A stretch of DNA of 61,998 bases, the filler included, from Hausera hauseri (taxonomy: Eukaryota): assembly GCA_046269625.1 (NCBI GenBank). It is 11 parts of 11 records of this genome, joined end to end, with 100 filler letters (N's around TTAATTAATTAA, not from the genome) between each part and the next. Parts side by side here need not be neighbours in the genome. Positions count along the whole stretch, not along the records: positions 1 to 4,972 come from JBJURY010374258.1; positions 5,073 to 9,969 come from JBJURY010399811.1; positions 10,070 to 14,939 come from JBJURY010408811.1; 8 more parts are not named here. One strand, given 5' to 3'. Below, in pieces: positions 1-13,000 of this stretch. Within the stretch, counting starts at the first letter, position 1. Each line of letters opens with the position of its first letter. Below the pieces are notes generated by a model. It was not told where the DNA came from. It saw only the letters and a list, made by a program, of their open reading frames with translations, and did no database searches. The translations under genes were made by a program, and so were the position numbers.

Positions 1-256
1 GGGAAGAATATAATACCCGATTTTGCAAAGATTGCTTCATGCGAAACAATGGAGTGGGTGTTATATACTTGAGGCCACGTTCTACGTCAAGAATCATGCT
101 GATGGACATAAGAAGATATTTTATATTACATTTCCAGAATTACGAATATGTGCACATGAATATGGCAAATTGGTATCCATACCATTGAACATAACATGTA
201 TTTATCGTGAACATGGTTCACATTGTGCTTATAAAAAGCGTTTAGCGTTATGTTAA
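1..256 (+). CDS. 3' part of an unknown gene convergent with pPolB, belonging to the element
   Basis: Open frame ending ...CIYREHGSHCAYKKRLALC* with AATAAA at about 273. Copy 2 has the homologue at 21201-21266 (minus strand, HGLHCAYKKCLALCQSYVAAK*), so the stop at 254-256 is probably a CAA>TAA mutation. Confidence 0.5.
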
Positions 257-424
257 AGTTATGTTGTTGCAAAATAAATGTGTTATGAAATTAATTTGTC
301 TTATCCTGCATAGTATTTACTTAGTTTTACTTGGCCTTATCCTATATCTCACATTACTTGATCAAGAAGACAATGAGATATTTTTATAAATTTTATTATT
401 ACAAAAAATACAACGCAAAGATAT

Positions 425-2975
425 TTACATTAATGCAACATTCCCGTAAGCTAGTGTGCTTATTCCATCACAGAAGATCTATCTTTTGCCATCCATCCAA
501 CCTAGGCTCTTCTTTTTTAATGTTACTGTATCAATGTTATGAGCCCTAGACTGGATCCTTTGCATCTCTGATATGATATACATCTGCTCATGCAGAACTC
601 TCACATAGTCATTAAAGCCAATCTTCTTGGCTAAGTTCGCCCTTTGAACCACTTTAGTCCGCTTCTTTACTTGGCCACATACATTAAGGGCATATATTTT
701 GGACCTTAGAGCCCCAAATCCCAAGATGATTGCCCCATTCACTACGTCTTTGAATTTCCCAAGGAACGTTTTGTTGATAATTCAATAGTTGGAATGCTCC
801 TTAGGACAGTCAGATGTATCCATATGCTGAGCCAACTTAGCAAAGTCTCCATAGACGTTCTCCGTAAGGATCTGATAGATGAAGCTATCAGTATCCGTGT
901 ACATCAGCTGTATGGACTTGAATGTTGGGACCATGATATTATAGTTGAATTTGTACATCAGGGATTTTGACAGATCTAGTCTCGCTATACACACATACAT
1001 TGGCGTGTTAAACTCAAGCGACGTTTTTACCATATGGATGCTGACCGATTTCTCCGCGTATACGGAGATGCTGTAGAAGTTCGGCCTAGCAATGAGATTC
1101 TTTGCCCGCTTCCACTCACAGACCAACTCGGCGTTAATCTTATTGCGGATATTCTCCATGGTCTTGCCAAAAACACTGTTTGTTGTAAAGCTTGAACTGG
1201 TCTTTTTCAAAGTCGTTCTTGGCATTTGTCCGCAGCTCCGTATTGAGATCTAAGTAGAACAGCAGCCAGTTTGACAGGCTGAACTGCAGGACCCGATGGA
1301 TCTTAGTAATGCGGAGTCCATTCCTGACAGCTTACTGGAGATTTATGTAGCGGACTACATAGTCTCCCTACTATCCAGATGACAAAGCAGCTTTCTATGC
1401 TTTCCATATGGCGCAAGCTTGCTCTTAGGGAGGAAAGGCAGCTGTTGATACTTTGTGTGGATAGAATCCGGATATTCCATATTCACCTCCAGTATGTATG
1501 CCGTATCTTCAGTGGAATTCAGGTCCAGTATAGGGATGTATTCAGGATGCTCGACCAACTTGATGTTATCATATGACAATGGGGGCTCATTGCCTATCCA
1601 CGTAGGATGTTGGCATCCAGATATGATATATATGAGGATTCCTTGGATGGATTATACTGGGCTATATACTTGTTGGCCTCGTTATACCGGTGGATGGCCT
1701 GGCATATTCCACCTCTAATGCATCTCTCGATCGTGAGGATCATGTCGTAATCCTTTATGATCTTCAGCCTGACACCTGTATACCTCCGCATAGCTGCCCA
1801 GCTCATCCATAGAGCCGTAAAAAAATGAGCCGGATCCAGTTCATGACTGTTTATCGTAACATCCCTGAAACTATCAAAGACATCAGTAAGCAACAACACG
1901 TCCGTCTTGAGGTACATATCTCTGCATTCTCCTAATGTTCGGCATTGCAATGCATGCCAGACAATTTGAGCATGATGATAGTCCATATCACTGATATCAC
2001 AATGAGTGAAGATATTGTAAAAGTCCTTCTTGGCCGGCAATGAGGTCTCATACAATGTTTCCCATGATGTTATATAGTGATAGGGAAGCACGCCTTTCCT
2101 CTTGACGAGGACAAATGTAGTAGGGAAGAACTGTTTCGTCTCCTTGAGCCTCTTCATCAGTTCACTAAACTGTCAAGTGAAGACGACATGAAACGGAAAT
2201 TGTTTACGAAGCGAAGCCTGTTTTCCCAACATGCTTCGTAAAGGTGATGCATTTTTCCTCACTATTATGGATTACATCAATGTTTCCTTCAATGCTGCCC
2301 AGTTCCCGAACAATGAAATGGGAATTATAGCCACTGAGACTATGGAACATTACATGCACATATGTACATTTTTTGAAACGTAGATTGAAATTGTTGCATG
2401 CTGTGCCCCTATATGTACCTGTAAAATGGCAATGATTCCTAACTTTATAATTCTCCTTAGTAAATGATTTGGAGTACAAGTAACATGCTGTTGCCTTGCT
2501 GCATTCTTTAACTTGCTTCTTCGACATGTTCATTGTATTCTTATGCTGCTGCTGCATATCTCTAATCCTATGAGCCATATTTTCAAGTCATTTCATAAAA
2601 TGAACTGCTGCGCCTGGACCACTGAATAGATATGGTTCACTGTCCAGTGCTTTGGCACACATGCAATATGATGAGAGCTCATGATATTGGTATGCTGTTG
2701 TGCTGCTATGTTGGGGATTAAGATTGCAACTCTGAACTTGAAGCAGAATAGCCTCCAAGTCGCAATAAATAACTATTGGGACCTTGATCTTCTCCTCGAA
2801 CTCCTTAAATTCGATGCAGTTCTCCTTGGGAAATTCTATCCTGAAGAATTCCCTCTGTCTCGTCCTTTGTGTTTAAGAGGAAGACTTGGAGGGCATTTCT
2901 CTTTAATGCTGTCGCATCAACTGGCTGCTGTCTTTGACTTTTTGATGGACATCTGCTGCTGCTGCTGATATGCGT
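425..2975 (-). pseudogene. Protein-primed family B DNA polymerase, frameshifted and missing about 0.8 kb of N-terminal coding sequence
   Basis: EndoVII-like insert (VRNHCHFTGTYRGTACN), ExoII FHSLSGYNSHFI, ExoIII YLKTDVLLL, motif A YLDAN, motif [11 protein letters not shown] and motif C YTDTDS, spread over several frames. Confidence 0.92.
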
Positions 2976-3085
2976 TTTAGTCCTGCATCGGGCTTTGCTG
3001 CCAAAGCAGGCTATACAACTGGCTGTGCTGTCGAAGCAGTCTGTGCTGCTAAAGCAGAATGTTGCTCATTAAATATGACTTTCTT

Positions 3086-3544
3086 TTACTTTGACTTAAA
3101 GTCTATCAAATGAGCAATATGATCTTCGTAAAACGGCATGTATTCTCCATTACATACAGCCTCACTTCCTTGGCAAATATAATAGAGGATCCTATTGAAT
3201 TTGTATCCATAATAGGTCCTCATGGTATTATGACAGTTCTGAGGGTTGTGTATTGCACATATACAAAACACATATGAACTGCATCTTTGATTTTGCTTAG
3301 ACATGGAAGTCATTATTTGCATAGTGGTATTGAATATTTGTTTTTTCGACTTGGTGAAGGAAATCAGGTGTTGTTTATGGGCATTGTAAAAGTCTTCATA
3401 TTTGGTCTGGCACACTACCTCACATGTAGGGCATATATAATACTCAGCCCTGCTGTATAGATGGTTGAAGTATTTCTGCATAGTATTGTGGCAATTTTCA
3501 GGCTCGTGGATTTGAGCCAAGCACTGTTTGTATAGATTGCACAT
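3086..3544 (-). CDS. 152-aa protein with two tandem Cys/His-rich (putative Zn-binding) domains
   Basis: Internal repeat C-x2-Y-x2-C-x3-IH-x-P-x-NCHNTM...YYIC-x2-[CS]E-x-VC...FY-x2-H-x2-HL occurs twice. A homologue lies at 17153-17610. Confidence 0.8.
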   Translation of the reverse strand: MCNLYKQCLAQIHEPENCHNTMQKYFNHLYSRAEYYICPTCEVVCQTKYEDFYNAHKQHLISFTKSKKQIFNTTMQIMTSMSKQNQRCSSYVFCICAIHNPQNCHNTMRTYYGYKFNRILYYICQGSEAVCNGEYMPFYEDHIAHLIDFKSK

Positions 3545-4469
3545 CTAAAAATCAACCAATTATTTGAGGCGCATAAATAAAAATCTCATTATTCGTGGAA
3601 GTGGTTTTGTAAATAATGAAACATGTAGCCATATCAATGGATTTTTTCGAACATTCTAGAACACTTTGTTTTATTGCATCAAATAAATTAAATGCCTGTC
3701 CGCGCCAAATAGGTTTTCATACATGGGCAATCGAATGGATTGATCAGATTGTTCTAATAATGCATGATTGACCGGATATTATTGAATTTTTCAAGGTTTT
3801 ATTCATTTCGAGACTGTTCCAAACACTTTGCACACCAAATTTTGGTCTGCAAAGATTTTCGGACATGGGGAATTTGATGATACTATTGGAATATTCAAAT
3901 TCGATCGAAAAATCGGCTTTTTATTTAAGCCTCTTTTCAAATATCTGACGTCATATTCGGATTCTCCATATATGGGTTTCTATCTCTCCACGCTTTTAAA
4001 TTTTTCGATTTTTGCTCCTATTCGAATAGAAAATCAATTATTTTAATAGCTCGACTTGTATTCGAGTTTTCGAATATCTTATGTGATAATTCGATACAGC
4101 ACATGTTAATTTCTCTGTGTGTGCTTTCACATTTTTCGATTTCCATTTGCCTGTGTGCTAAAATCAACTTTATAGGTTTTAACGGAAAACCGTTATTATT
4201 GATTAAAGCACACTTGCACATGTGCGGCACATCGGCAAAGTGCTACTTAGATGCATTAAGACTTGGGGAATCGACTGGCGCTCTCAGATTCCTCAAAAAA
4301 TTTATGGGTGTCAAGATAATTGATACTCCGATGAAAATCGAAATTTATTCGAGTTGTGCACCGAATTTGTGAAATATGAAATGGAAGACCCGGGTTACAA
4401 TGTGGCACTTCCTATCTGTTCCCGCTTAAACATTTGTCGAATTTGGACTCCCTTGGACCTAAAACACCT

Positions 4470-4910
4470 ATGGGAAGTCTGCACCAGTTGCACTTTGGAT
4501 CGATATTATTCGAAATCCACTCGATCGATCTAAATTCTAATTGCACATTCACATAGTGCACCGTACTTCCAATCGATTGCCCTCTGTGCCATGTGCTAAT
4601 CATCAATATTGGACCTATCGGAAAACCGGTATTATTGATTTTTGCACACTTTCACATGTGCTGCACACCTACACAATGAATATAAAAATGCGAACTGATG
4701 TGTACTATCGATTAGCACTTTGGCCCGATCGATTCGATCAATTGTGCAATGTGCAGTCATCGATTTGTGAAATGTGCCTAACAACGGTTCCTAACTGCAC
4801 CGTAGCCTAGTACATTACCGATCGATAGTGCTTCACATGCATTATCGATTGGCACGTGTTATATTGATTTTATTGATTAGCATACCCGGTGGGTGGTGCA
4901 GACTTCCCAT
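4470..4910. repeat. Perfect 17-bp subterminal inverted repeat (arms 4470-4486 and 4894-4910)
   Basis: ATGGGAAGTCTGCACCA and TGGTGCAGACTTCCCAT are exact reverse complements. Confidence 0.95.
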
Positions 4911-4972
4911 TTTTCCCCTACATTTCTGGCCAACTATTACAGTAACTATTGCAGCGTCGTTGCTTCAGGCTT

Positions 4973-5072
4973 NNNNNNNNNNNNNNNNNNNNNNNNNNNN
5001 NNNNNNNNNNNNNNNNTTAATTAATTAANNNNNNNNNNNNNNNNNNNNNNNNNNNNNNNNNNNNNNNNNNNN
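4973..5072. other. Artificial contig linker; same linker at 9970-10069, 14940-15039, 21267-21366, 29330-29429, 33656-33755, 39115-39214, 47311-47410, 51954-52053 and 57074-57173
   Basis: Identical 100-nt N/TTAATTAATTAA/N block with stop codons in all six frames, repeated ten times. Confidence 0.99.
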
Positions 5073-7242
5073 TAATGGCACCGTCGAGGCGGAACTGGCA
5101 CGCCTGATTCTGTCCGGCCGAAAATAGGTCAGGGTGCGTCAACGCTCGAAAGGCGCCACACAAGCGTTGCGTAAGAAATGAATTGTAAAAACGGTATCAA
5201 CACCAAAAACACCAAATATCATCATTTCTTAAATATCATCTAAATATCATCAAAACTAATAATTAAATATCATTCAAGTATCGTCAAAATTAATAATAAA
5301 AATTCGTACTTGTGTGTAAGGCCGATCGAGAATTTTGCAATTATTTTAATTGCTGCAGTTAACATTAAATAGTTGCACGACAATCTGAAAATCGTCGGCA
5401 GTCCAGCCGAATATTTACGTTGAGTTTTCCAGAGCAATTTTCATAATTGCCAACCCGATAGTAAGCTCCGAATTTCCAAAATCTAATTTTGGAAACTCAT
5501 ACATCTGTTCAGTGCTCACTAATTCAAGCTGGGAGAGAGTTACTAATTGGACGTGTGTTGAATTAATGGGGAGAACAAATTTACTTCGATAATTGTTTTT
5601 AGCGCGTTGAGGAGGGCGAGACAGACGTGAGAATCTTACCTAACTCTAACTTATAGGTAATATGTGGGGAGGTAGTGGTCGTTGAAGCTGATTTTATCTT
5701 ACTTTGTACTTTTTACCTTGTACTGGATTATTGAGAATTAAACGGGCCGACGTCACGTAGATTCGATCTGGACGGTGAAGTAACCACATTAAGTAGATAG
5801 TTACTTAGTTACTGAAAATTATTTACGAAAAAAAGCGTCTCATGGATACAAATATAACAATATGTAATTATAGAAACGAAAACATTCACAAACCAATGCA
5901 TAAAGGAGAATGAAACGTCATTTACAAATGATATCAAATGTATGATAACCGTTAACCGCATTAGAAAACGCAAAGAAAAGAACGCTTACGTTAATACAAC
6001 TGTTCCTGTAATACAATTCTATCACAAGGATGTGTCAGTGCTATTTTTTGTCTTTTTACTCGGGTATTTGTACCCCATTCTACAACCAATCCATTACCAA
6101 TATTCATTAAAAATATACACCATCAGACAAAAGAAAACAAAAAGTCTGGGTAATAATTGATATACATGTTTAAGTAAAGATAAATTTTGTAGATTAGCAC
6201 TTAGAAAAGATCGACTGCCAATTTTGTGGATCACAGTAAGTCTTTATTTATTTAAAGTGGCAGACACTCCAAACGATCATTTATTTATTTTCTAGATCGC
6301 AGGCACTTTTTGATTGACAGGTACTCCAAACGATCACATCGAGCCGAGTCTAATTTAAATAATAGTCAGAAATCTTCTACCAATTTCCCGGCCATCCCGA
6401 TAGACTCCGAAAAACATTTTGCGAAATCACCGTCAATTTACTAAAATCTGAACCAGCCACAATGATAAACTTCTAGAAGCAATTTGTATAATTTTTATAG
6501 AAACAAATTTTCCACTGCTTTTCTATAGTAAATTGCAATATCGAACTGTATCAGAACGAATCCGTGAAATATTAGAGGAGCAAATGATGACGAGCCAGTA
6601 GTGGTAAAGGATTCTACTGTTTTATTTAAATTGTGTTTATTGGTTTATTTATCCTAAAGTTATAGACGGTAATTAATGATAATCGAAAAACAAGTTGCTG
6701 TTGTTCCTTGAGTAGTGGGTAATAATTATAAAACGTAATTGAAATATGTATTGCCAGTATTGTTATCTTTAGTCAGCAGCTAATAGCGAATAGTNNNNNN
6801 NNNNTATTTACCTTGTCATCATGAACCTTAACGAAATGGAAGAAATGATGTGAATCTAGTAGCTTTTCATGCATTTAAGTTACTGGATTAGACATTTCTG
6901 TGCTGATGGACAAAACAAAATGATGCCCGGAAGGGATTTACAAAATTATTATTAATACTCGAAGCTACTGAATTGATAAAACCTATATCCAAACATTTGT
7001 ACCGCTATTAAGATGACTGAACTAGACAGATAGGCCGAATTTAAGTATAAATAAATGCCGCTATACTAAATGTAAGGTAATTAGTAAAATAAACATTTCC
7101 TATAATAAGTGGAATATGATATGTTCTTGGCACGAGTTTGGTAGTGAAATCGAAAGTTTACTATAACAGATTTATGTTCTCGACAAAATAAATGTTCCAT
7201 GAAATAATACCGGTTATGTTTATATTTATCAATATTGTCATA

Positions 7243-8724
7243 AACTCTGTCCCAAAACTATAAAAATATTGAAAAATCATCTTTCACGAAATTAAATTGT
7301 TTAATATAGAAACAAATTGGTACACAGAATAAGACATACTTACTGTTATAAAGTAATTAGGTGAAATAAATACAGTCGTTGAATATCTGCAGTAATTCGT
7401 ATTTATTTAATTTTAGCTGACCAAAAACTTTATAAAAATTTTTAGTTTTTCATTTTAAAGAAATCTGAAGAGTAAGACTTTTATTTTTAATTATACATAT
7501 CAATAAAATATAGATCTACAGAAATGCCACAAAAATGCTACTTAAACAATGATGAACGGGATCAAATTATCCAATTAACTAGATATGCGAAAACCCGTAA
7601 AACAATTTCCAAATTATTAAACGATCACCAGTTACAATTAAAAGGTATTTAGACAAACCATCTAAATATGGCAAAGCTATTCACAAGTCCGGAAGGAAAC
7701 CAAAACTTAATTCTAGAGTCGAAATAAATATTATTCATGAGGTTTCTGTGAAACAAATCCTTCATATAAGATCAAGAGAGTCTGTCAAAAATAGTACTAA
7801 GTCAACAGTATGCCAAGTCATAAGTAAATCTCATGGTAAATATGAGAAAATGAAGAATGCTCCTACATTTAAAAAATGTCAAAAAGAATTCAGATCTCAA
7901 TTCGCTAAAATTACCGTCTTAAAAGGTGAACCATTTTGGAGTCAAATTATTTTCTCAGATAAAAAACGATTTTGTCTCAATGGACCAGATAATTGTACAT
8001 ATTATCGGCGTGACTTACGCAGAGAAACAGGTTCCATGTACTGATACGTTTTCCAAATCTGTTATAGTTTGGGGTTGCGTTTCAAAATCAGGGTTCAACA
8101 AATTAGTATTCATTAATGGTAACCTGAATTCTGAAAAATATATCGAAACTATCAAGGAAAACTTCTCACCTATATTGAATTCACATAACATGATTTTTCA
8201 ACAGTATACTACGTCGTGTCATAAGAGTAAGGCTACAAGGACATATTTGAGCAGCAATAATATTGAGTGTATTGATTGGCCATTGAAATCTCTTGATCTA
8301 AATTTGATTTAAATGTTTGGGGCATAATTGCGAAACGTATCTATAAAGATCAGCCGAGTTTTGAAAACGTTGAACAATTGAAATAAGCAATAATAAAAGA
8401 ATGGGGGAAGTTGGACATGGACCTTCCTAACCGCATTTTCTCTGTAATTGAGGAGAACGGCTCATTTTATTATAAATAATTAATTGTACATGGTTTAGAT
8501 AGTGAAAATATACATGCGATTTTTATAAAGTTTTGGAACAGCTTAATATTTAAAAATTTTAATTACTTCAATTACAGAACGCATTTATCACTTTTTCATA
8601 ATTTTGTCTAGTGATTACATAATAGTAAACAAATCTTACTTTGTATCATTTTGTTTTTAAATTACACAATTTTATTTCGTGAAACATGAATTTAGCAATT
8701 TTTATATAGTTTTGGGACAGGATA
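7243..8724 (+). mobile_element. Tc1/mariner (Tc1-like, IR-DR type) transposon, full length and decayed
   Basis: TA flanks at 7241-7242 and 8725-8726. Long imperfect TIRs (CTGTCCCAAAACTAT / ATAGTTTTGGGACAG) with inner repeats near 7417 and 8520-8540. Confidence 0.92.
7524..8475 (+). pseudogene. Tc1-type DDE transposase, frameshifted
   Basis: WSQIIFSDKKRF, SVIVWGC, FINGNLNSEKY, IFQQ(DN>YT), WPLKSLDLNLI*NVWG (catalytic E replaced by a stop). Confidence 0.9.
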
Positions 8725-9649
8725 TACCTGTTATTTAAGAAATAAAAGATGAAGAGAACCAAAATAATTCAAGGTAAGTTTTACGAACCTGTAATATGTT
8801 TATGTCCAAATGGTGGTATTTGAGTATCAGATAGCTTTAGCACTTGGTCAGAAGTATGAAAAGAAATGAAGAGGTTGCCATTCACTAAAACCAAATAATG
8901 CATATAACCATATAACCACATATTTATTCCAGTATCGTGGATCCAATAATTGTAGGGTCAGTTTGTGCACCATTTTTGATTGTTCATGGGTCGATAGTAC
9001 AAAATATGAAAATGATGATGCAGTATACATATCGGTAGAACACCCTGTGTATTTATCTATATCTGCAACATATATAAACACAATATCCGTGATGATTCAG
9101 AATAACTGTTGAAGTTTATTCCCGGTTCAAAATCTATATTGTGGCCGAGTGAAATTTTCCAAAATAATATTTTTTAAGACATTAAATTGTTGCAACGCAC
9201 ACGGAATAAAATTGAGGGAGTTGTGAAGAGAGGAAAAATTAAATAAAATTTATTTAAAAAATACTGAAATTCAATAATTACATAATATTAAAACTTTTGT
9301 TTTAAAATGACTATTTCTTGCTTTTTGGACTTTTATCGAATAACAAAATGGAGAAAAAATACCGTACAAACGTGCACCGGATTCACTGAAAAGTCAATTG
9401 ACCAAGGAAAGATTATTTCCAGCATTGATTGAACAATTACATATTCAAACAAATTAGCTCACCGTCATTAAATTGAATGACAGCTATTATCCATGTCTGA
9501 ATGAAATTACGTTGCTGATGCATTTACAGAAGCAGAAAAAAGAAATGAAACAAAATTACCTCAGTGACGTTTTCCCAGATAATGATCGAAATTTTCCCAG
9601 TTGACTCGAATTTATATTAAGGAAATTATGAGATTCAGATTTGGGGTTC

Positions 9650-9969
9650 CAGACAGACGAACCTAAAAATAGCATACGTCATGAAGGATTACTTAGCCGG
9701 CGAGATATCGCTACCCCTCGAACACGTCGACAAAAGTCAATTCCGCAACCTCGTCCAATAATTATGTTCACCTAATGCCGTTCACAGACTGTTGCAAATG
9801 AAAGCCGCAACAGAACGGCGCCCGATTGTATTCTATTTATAGGCGACAACTCAGTAGCATTCGAATGATCCCTGCCATTCCTCTGACGATATCTGGTAAA
9901 ATCTACAACGATCGTTATCATCACGAAAGTCGGAATTCTATTCGAATGGTCTACGGTACGGCAACCCTG
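9650..9969 (+). pseudogene. Possible non-LTR retrotransposon ORF1 remnant
   Basis: The only support is a ...KSIPQPRPIIMF motif at about 9735-9770, which resembles the PRPIIVRF motif of CR1/L2/L1-type ORF1 proteins. Confidence 0.3.
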
Positions 9970-10069
9970 NNNNNNNNNNNNNNNNNNNNNNNNNNNNNNN
10001 NNNNNNNNNNNNNTTAATTAATTAANNNNNNNNNNNNNNNNNNNNNNNNNNNNNNNNNNNNNNNNNNNN

Positions 10070-13000
10070 CGAACGTAGAACAAAATAGTTTGAGCTAACT
10101 ATGTGGTCTTCGTATGTACAAGTCGTTGTATTCCATCAGTATTTGGCACTCTACTATAGGTACTGAAAGTGACCGATTTGTATTCTTTTTGTATTGTTGA
10201 ATCTGGCTTACAAGTTGGTGGAGGTAGAACTATGTCAGATGTCGTAGTTGAAGTTGGTCTATTATTCAGAGATGAAGAATGGACTGGAGGTGAAAATGTA
10301 GTAGAAAAAGGAGGAAAAATTGGGAGATTAGTGGAAGAAGTTTGAGGAGTAAATTCTAGCAATGGGATAGGTGGAGAGTTTGGAGTAATATTAGGTGGAA
10401 AAAGCGGTGGCGTCAGAGAAGGTGTAGCGGGTTCGGTTTGAGGTATATCATCGACGAAAAAGGCGGGCTTAACGTTGTTGATGTGCACCACTAGTTCCTT
10501 GCCGTCTTTAAGAATAATGACATTGTGGGAATGCAATTGCATGAGTTTGTAAGGCCCAGAATATTGTGGTTGAAAACCGCACGGCGTTTGGTTTCTCAAC
10601 CAGACGAATTTTGCAGAATATAGATCCTAAGGTAAGTATGTTCTATTGTTATCCAAGATCCTACAGAAGGAATCTTGACTGACTGAAACAAAATGTTCTT
10701 GTATTGATCGAATATCTTCGTCTGTTGGTGTATCATCTAAGGCTGTTAGTTCAAACAACAAACATACAGGTGTTCCGAAAGGGGCTTCAGTAGGTGAACA
10801 ACCTGTAGCGGTAGAAGGTGTATTACGCCAACCCTGAAGAACAAGAGAAGGACAGTAGTCCAACTGTTATTGTATTCTGCGAGGATCTTCAGTGACGTTT
10901 CTAGTGTTCTATGGAATCTGTCTAGAAGAACATTCGATTGAGGGTGAAACGGTGTCGTGTGGATGTGACTGATTCCTAATCGGTTAACGACAGATTTAAA
11001 AAGATTGGACTCGAACTGAGTGCCTTGGTTCGTAATAATGAATCTAGGGGATCCAAATCTACTGATCCACGTGCGTATAAAAACATCGGCTATCGTGTCT
11101 ATGTTAGTACTCGGTAGAGGGACAGCTTTTGGCCAACGTGAGGCGCGATCCATTATGGTCAAAATGAATTGATGACCGTTGTCAAGAGGAAGAGGGCCGA
11201 CTAGATCAACATGAACAGATTCGAAACGTGATATGCAAAAAAATGATAAAGTGGTGGCTTCAAATGCTTGGTGATTTTAAATGTCTGGTAAGCTACGCAC
11301 TCCTTAACCGCATGCTTGCACATCGGAACCCATAGTCGGCCATATTACTTGCCGGTGGAACAAACGAAAAGTTGCCTTAGCCCCAGGATGATACAGCGAA
11401 TGTACACTGTTAAACGCTTGCCGTTGTAAAGGCGATGCGAGAATTATTACGGAATGACCTTGTTTGGAAGTGTCGAAAGCTACGCCATCAATGATGTTGT
11501 AAGATCGAAAAGATTTAAGCATGTCTAAAGGTGGTTGATTTTCTTGCAGCTGATCTTGTGTAAATATAGGTTTAAAATTGATGGAGTTAACGTATCTCGA
11601 AAGGAAATCGGCGACTAAGTTGTATACACCGTTAATGTGTTTGATCTAAAAATTTAATTTCGACAAGTATGATATCTGACGTTCCTGCCTAGGTTATTGA
11701 TGTTTCATCGTCATGATGTTGATTAAAGGTTTGTGATCGGTCTGTATGGTGAAACGCCGAGCAGTTAGTAAATGTGACAAGTGCTTTAAAGCAGGAACTA
11801 TCGCCAGTAGTTCTCGGTCGAAGGTGGAGTATTTAGTTTCGGGAGGTGTTAACTTGCGTGAAAAAAAATTCCAAAGGTTGGTTCTATTCCTTATGGATTT
11901 GATGAAGTACGGCGTCAACAGCGGTGGTGGAGGCGTATGTAGTGAGGGTCAGTTGTTCATCGTGCTTGGGAAAAGCTAATATTTCCAGTTTTAAAATCTT
12001 CTCTTAGCTTTTCGAATTTGTTTACAAGTTCAGGAGTCCATAGTATTGGGGGTGCTTTTTTTCCACCACTAAGGTGAGCAAACGGTGCGGTAAGTTCGGA
12101 GCAATATGGCACATACTTGTGGACGAAATGTAAGGTGCGCAAAAAGCTTCTCATTTCTGTTGTTGTACGAGGTAGCTGCACGCTTTTAAGGCTTTAACTC
12201 GGTCAGACTGAGGTGAGTGACCTTCAGCAGAAATAACGTGGCCAAGAAAATGTATACGCTTCTTGAAAAGATGGCCTTTGGCGAAATTTATCTGCACGTT
12301 ATTCTGGTGTAAGCGTTGAAAGATTGATCTGAGATGTTCTTCGTGTTGCTTGATTGAGGAAGAAGCAATTAATATGTCATCGATATAGGGATGAGCTTAT
12401 GGAAAATCGGAAAGAATAGTATCGATGTGGCATTGAAAAGTTTGCGTAGCATTCCGTAAGCCAAAAGGCATGTACAGATATTCGTATAGGCCAAAAGGTG
12501 AAGTGACGGCTGTTTTTTCGATATCCTCAGGTGCCACAGGAATTTGATGGTAGGCTTCGGATAAATCGATGGCAGAGTAAATGGTAGTTGAGTGAAGAAG
12601 ATGTAAGATATCCTTAATGAGTGGTAACGGATATTCATCCATTATTGTCAGTGTTCAACTGACGATAATCGCCACATGGTCGAAAATTTCCGTCCTTCTT
12701 TTGTACGACATGTAATGGTGACGACCATGGGGATTTTGAGCGAGGTACAATTCCGGAACGTTCTAGTTCTAAAAATTCGGTTTCAACTGCCTGTCTACGA
12801 CGAGGAAATAAAGGACGCACCTTTTGGCGGATAGGCCGTTGATGTTGTGTCACAATATGGTGAAAAGTGGTATTTGCTGGTGTAAAAGACCTATCTTTTT
12901 GAATAATTCTGGGACAAGATACGTGGATGAATTGCTGCAGACTTGCCGGTAATTGTGAAAAATTTGGTGGTAGCGAAGAGGTCTTACCGGTAACTTTGGC

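Larger units (their letters stand above)
1..4918 (-). mobile_element. pPolB-encoding DNA element (Polinton/adintovirus-like), copy 1; decayed, internally deleted, runs off the window start
   Basis: Collinear with 15786-21266 as a reverse complement through the terminal non-coding region, the Cys/His ORF, pPolB and the convergent ORF. Similarity stops at TA|GGGGAAAAATGGGAAG (TA at 4919-4920). Confidence 0.85.

Noticed and set aside
3828-5028. Short ORFs in the pPolB leader here and at 15730-16904
   Set aside because: Starts, stops and frames do not match between the two copies and no motifs are present. The peptide similarity follows from DNA similarity.
5073-7240. Possible exon fragments here and at 8850-9090, 23900-24400 and 60600-60800
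   Set aside because: No recognisable motifs or consistent splice pattern, so no gene call can be supported.
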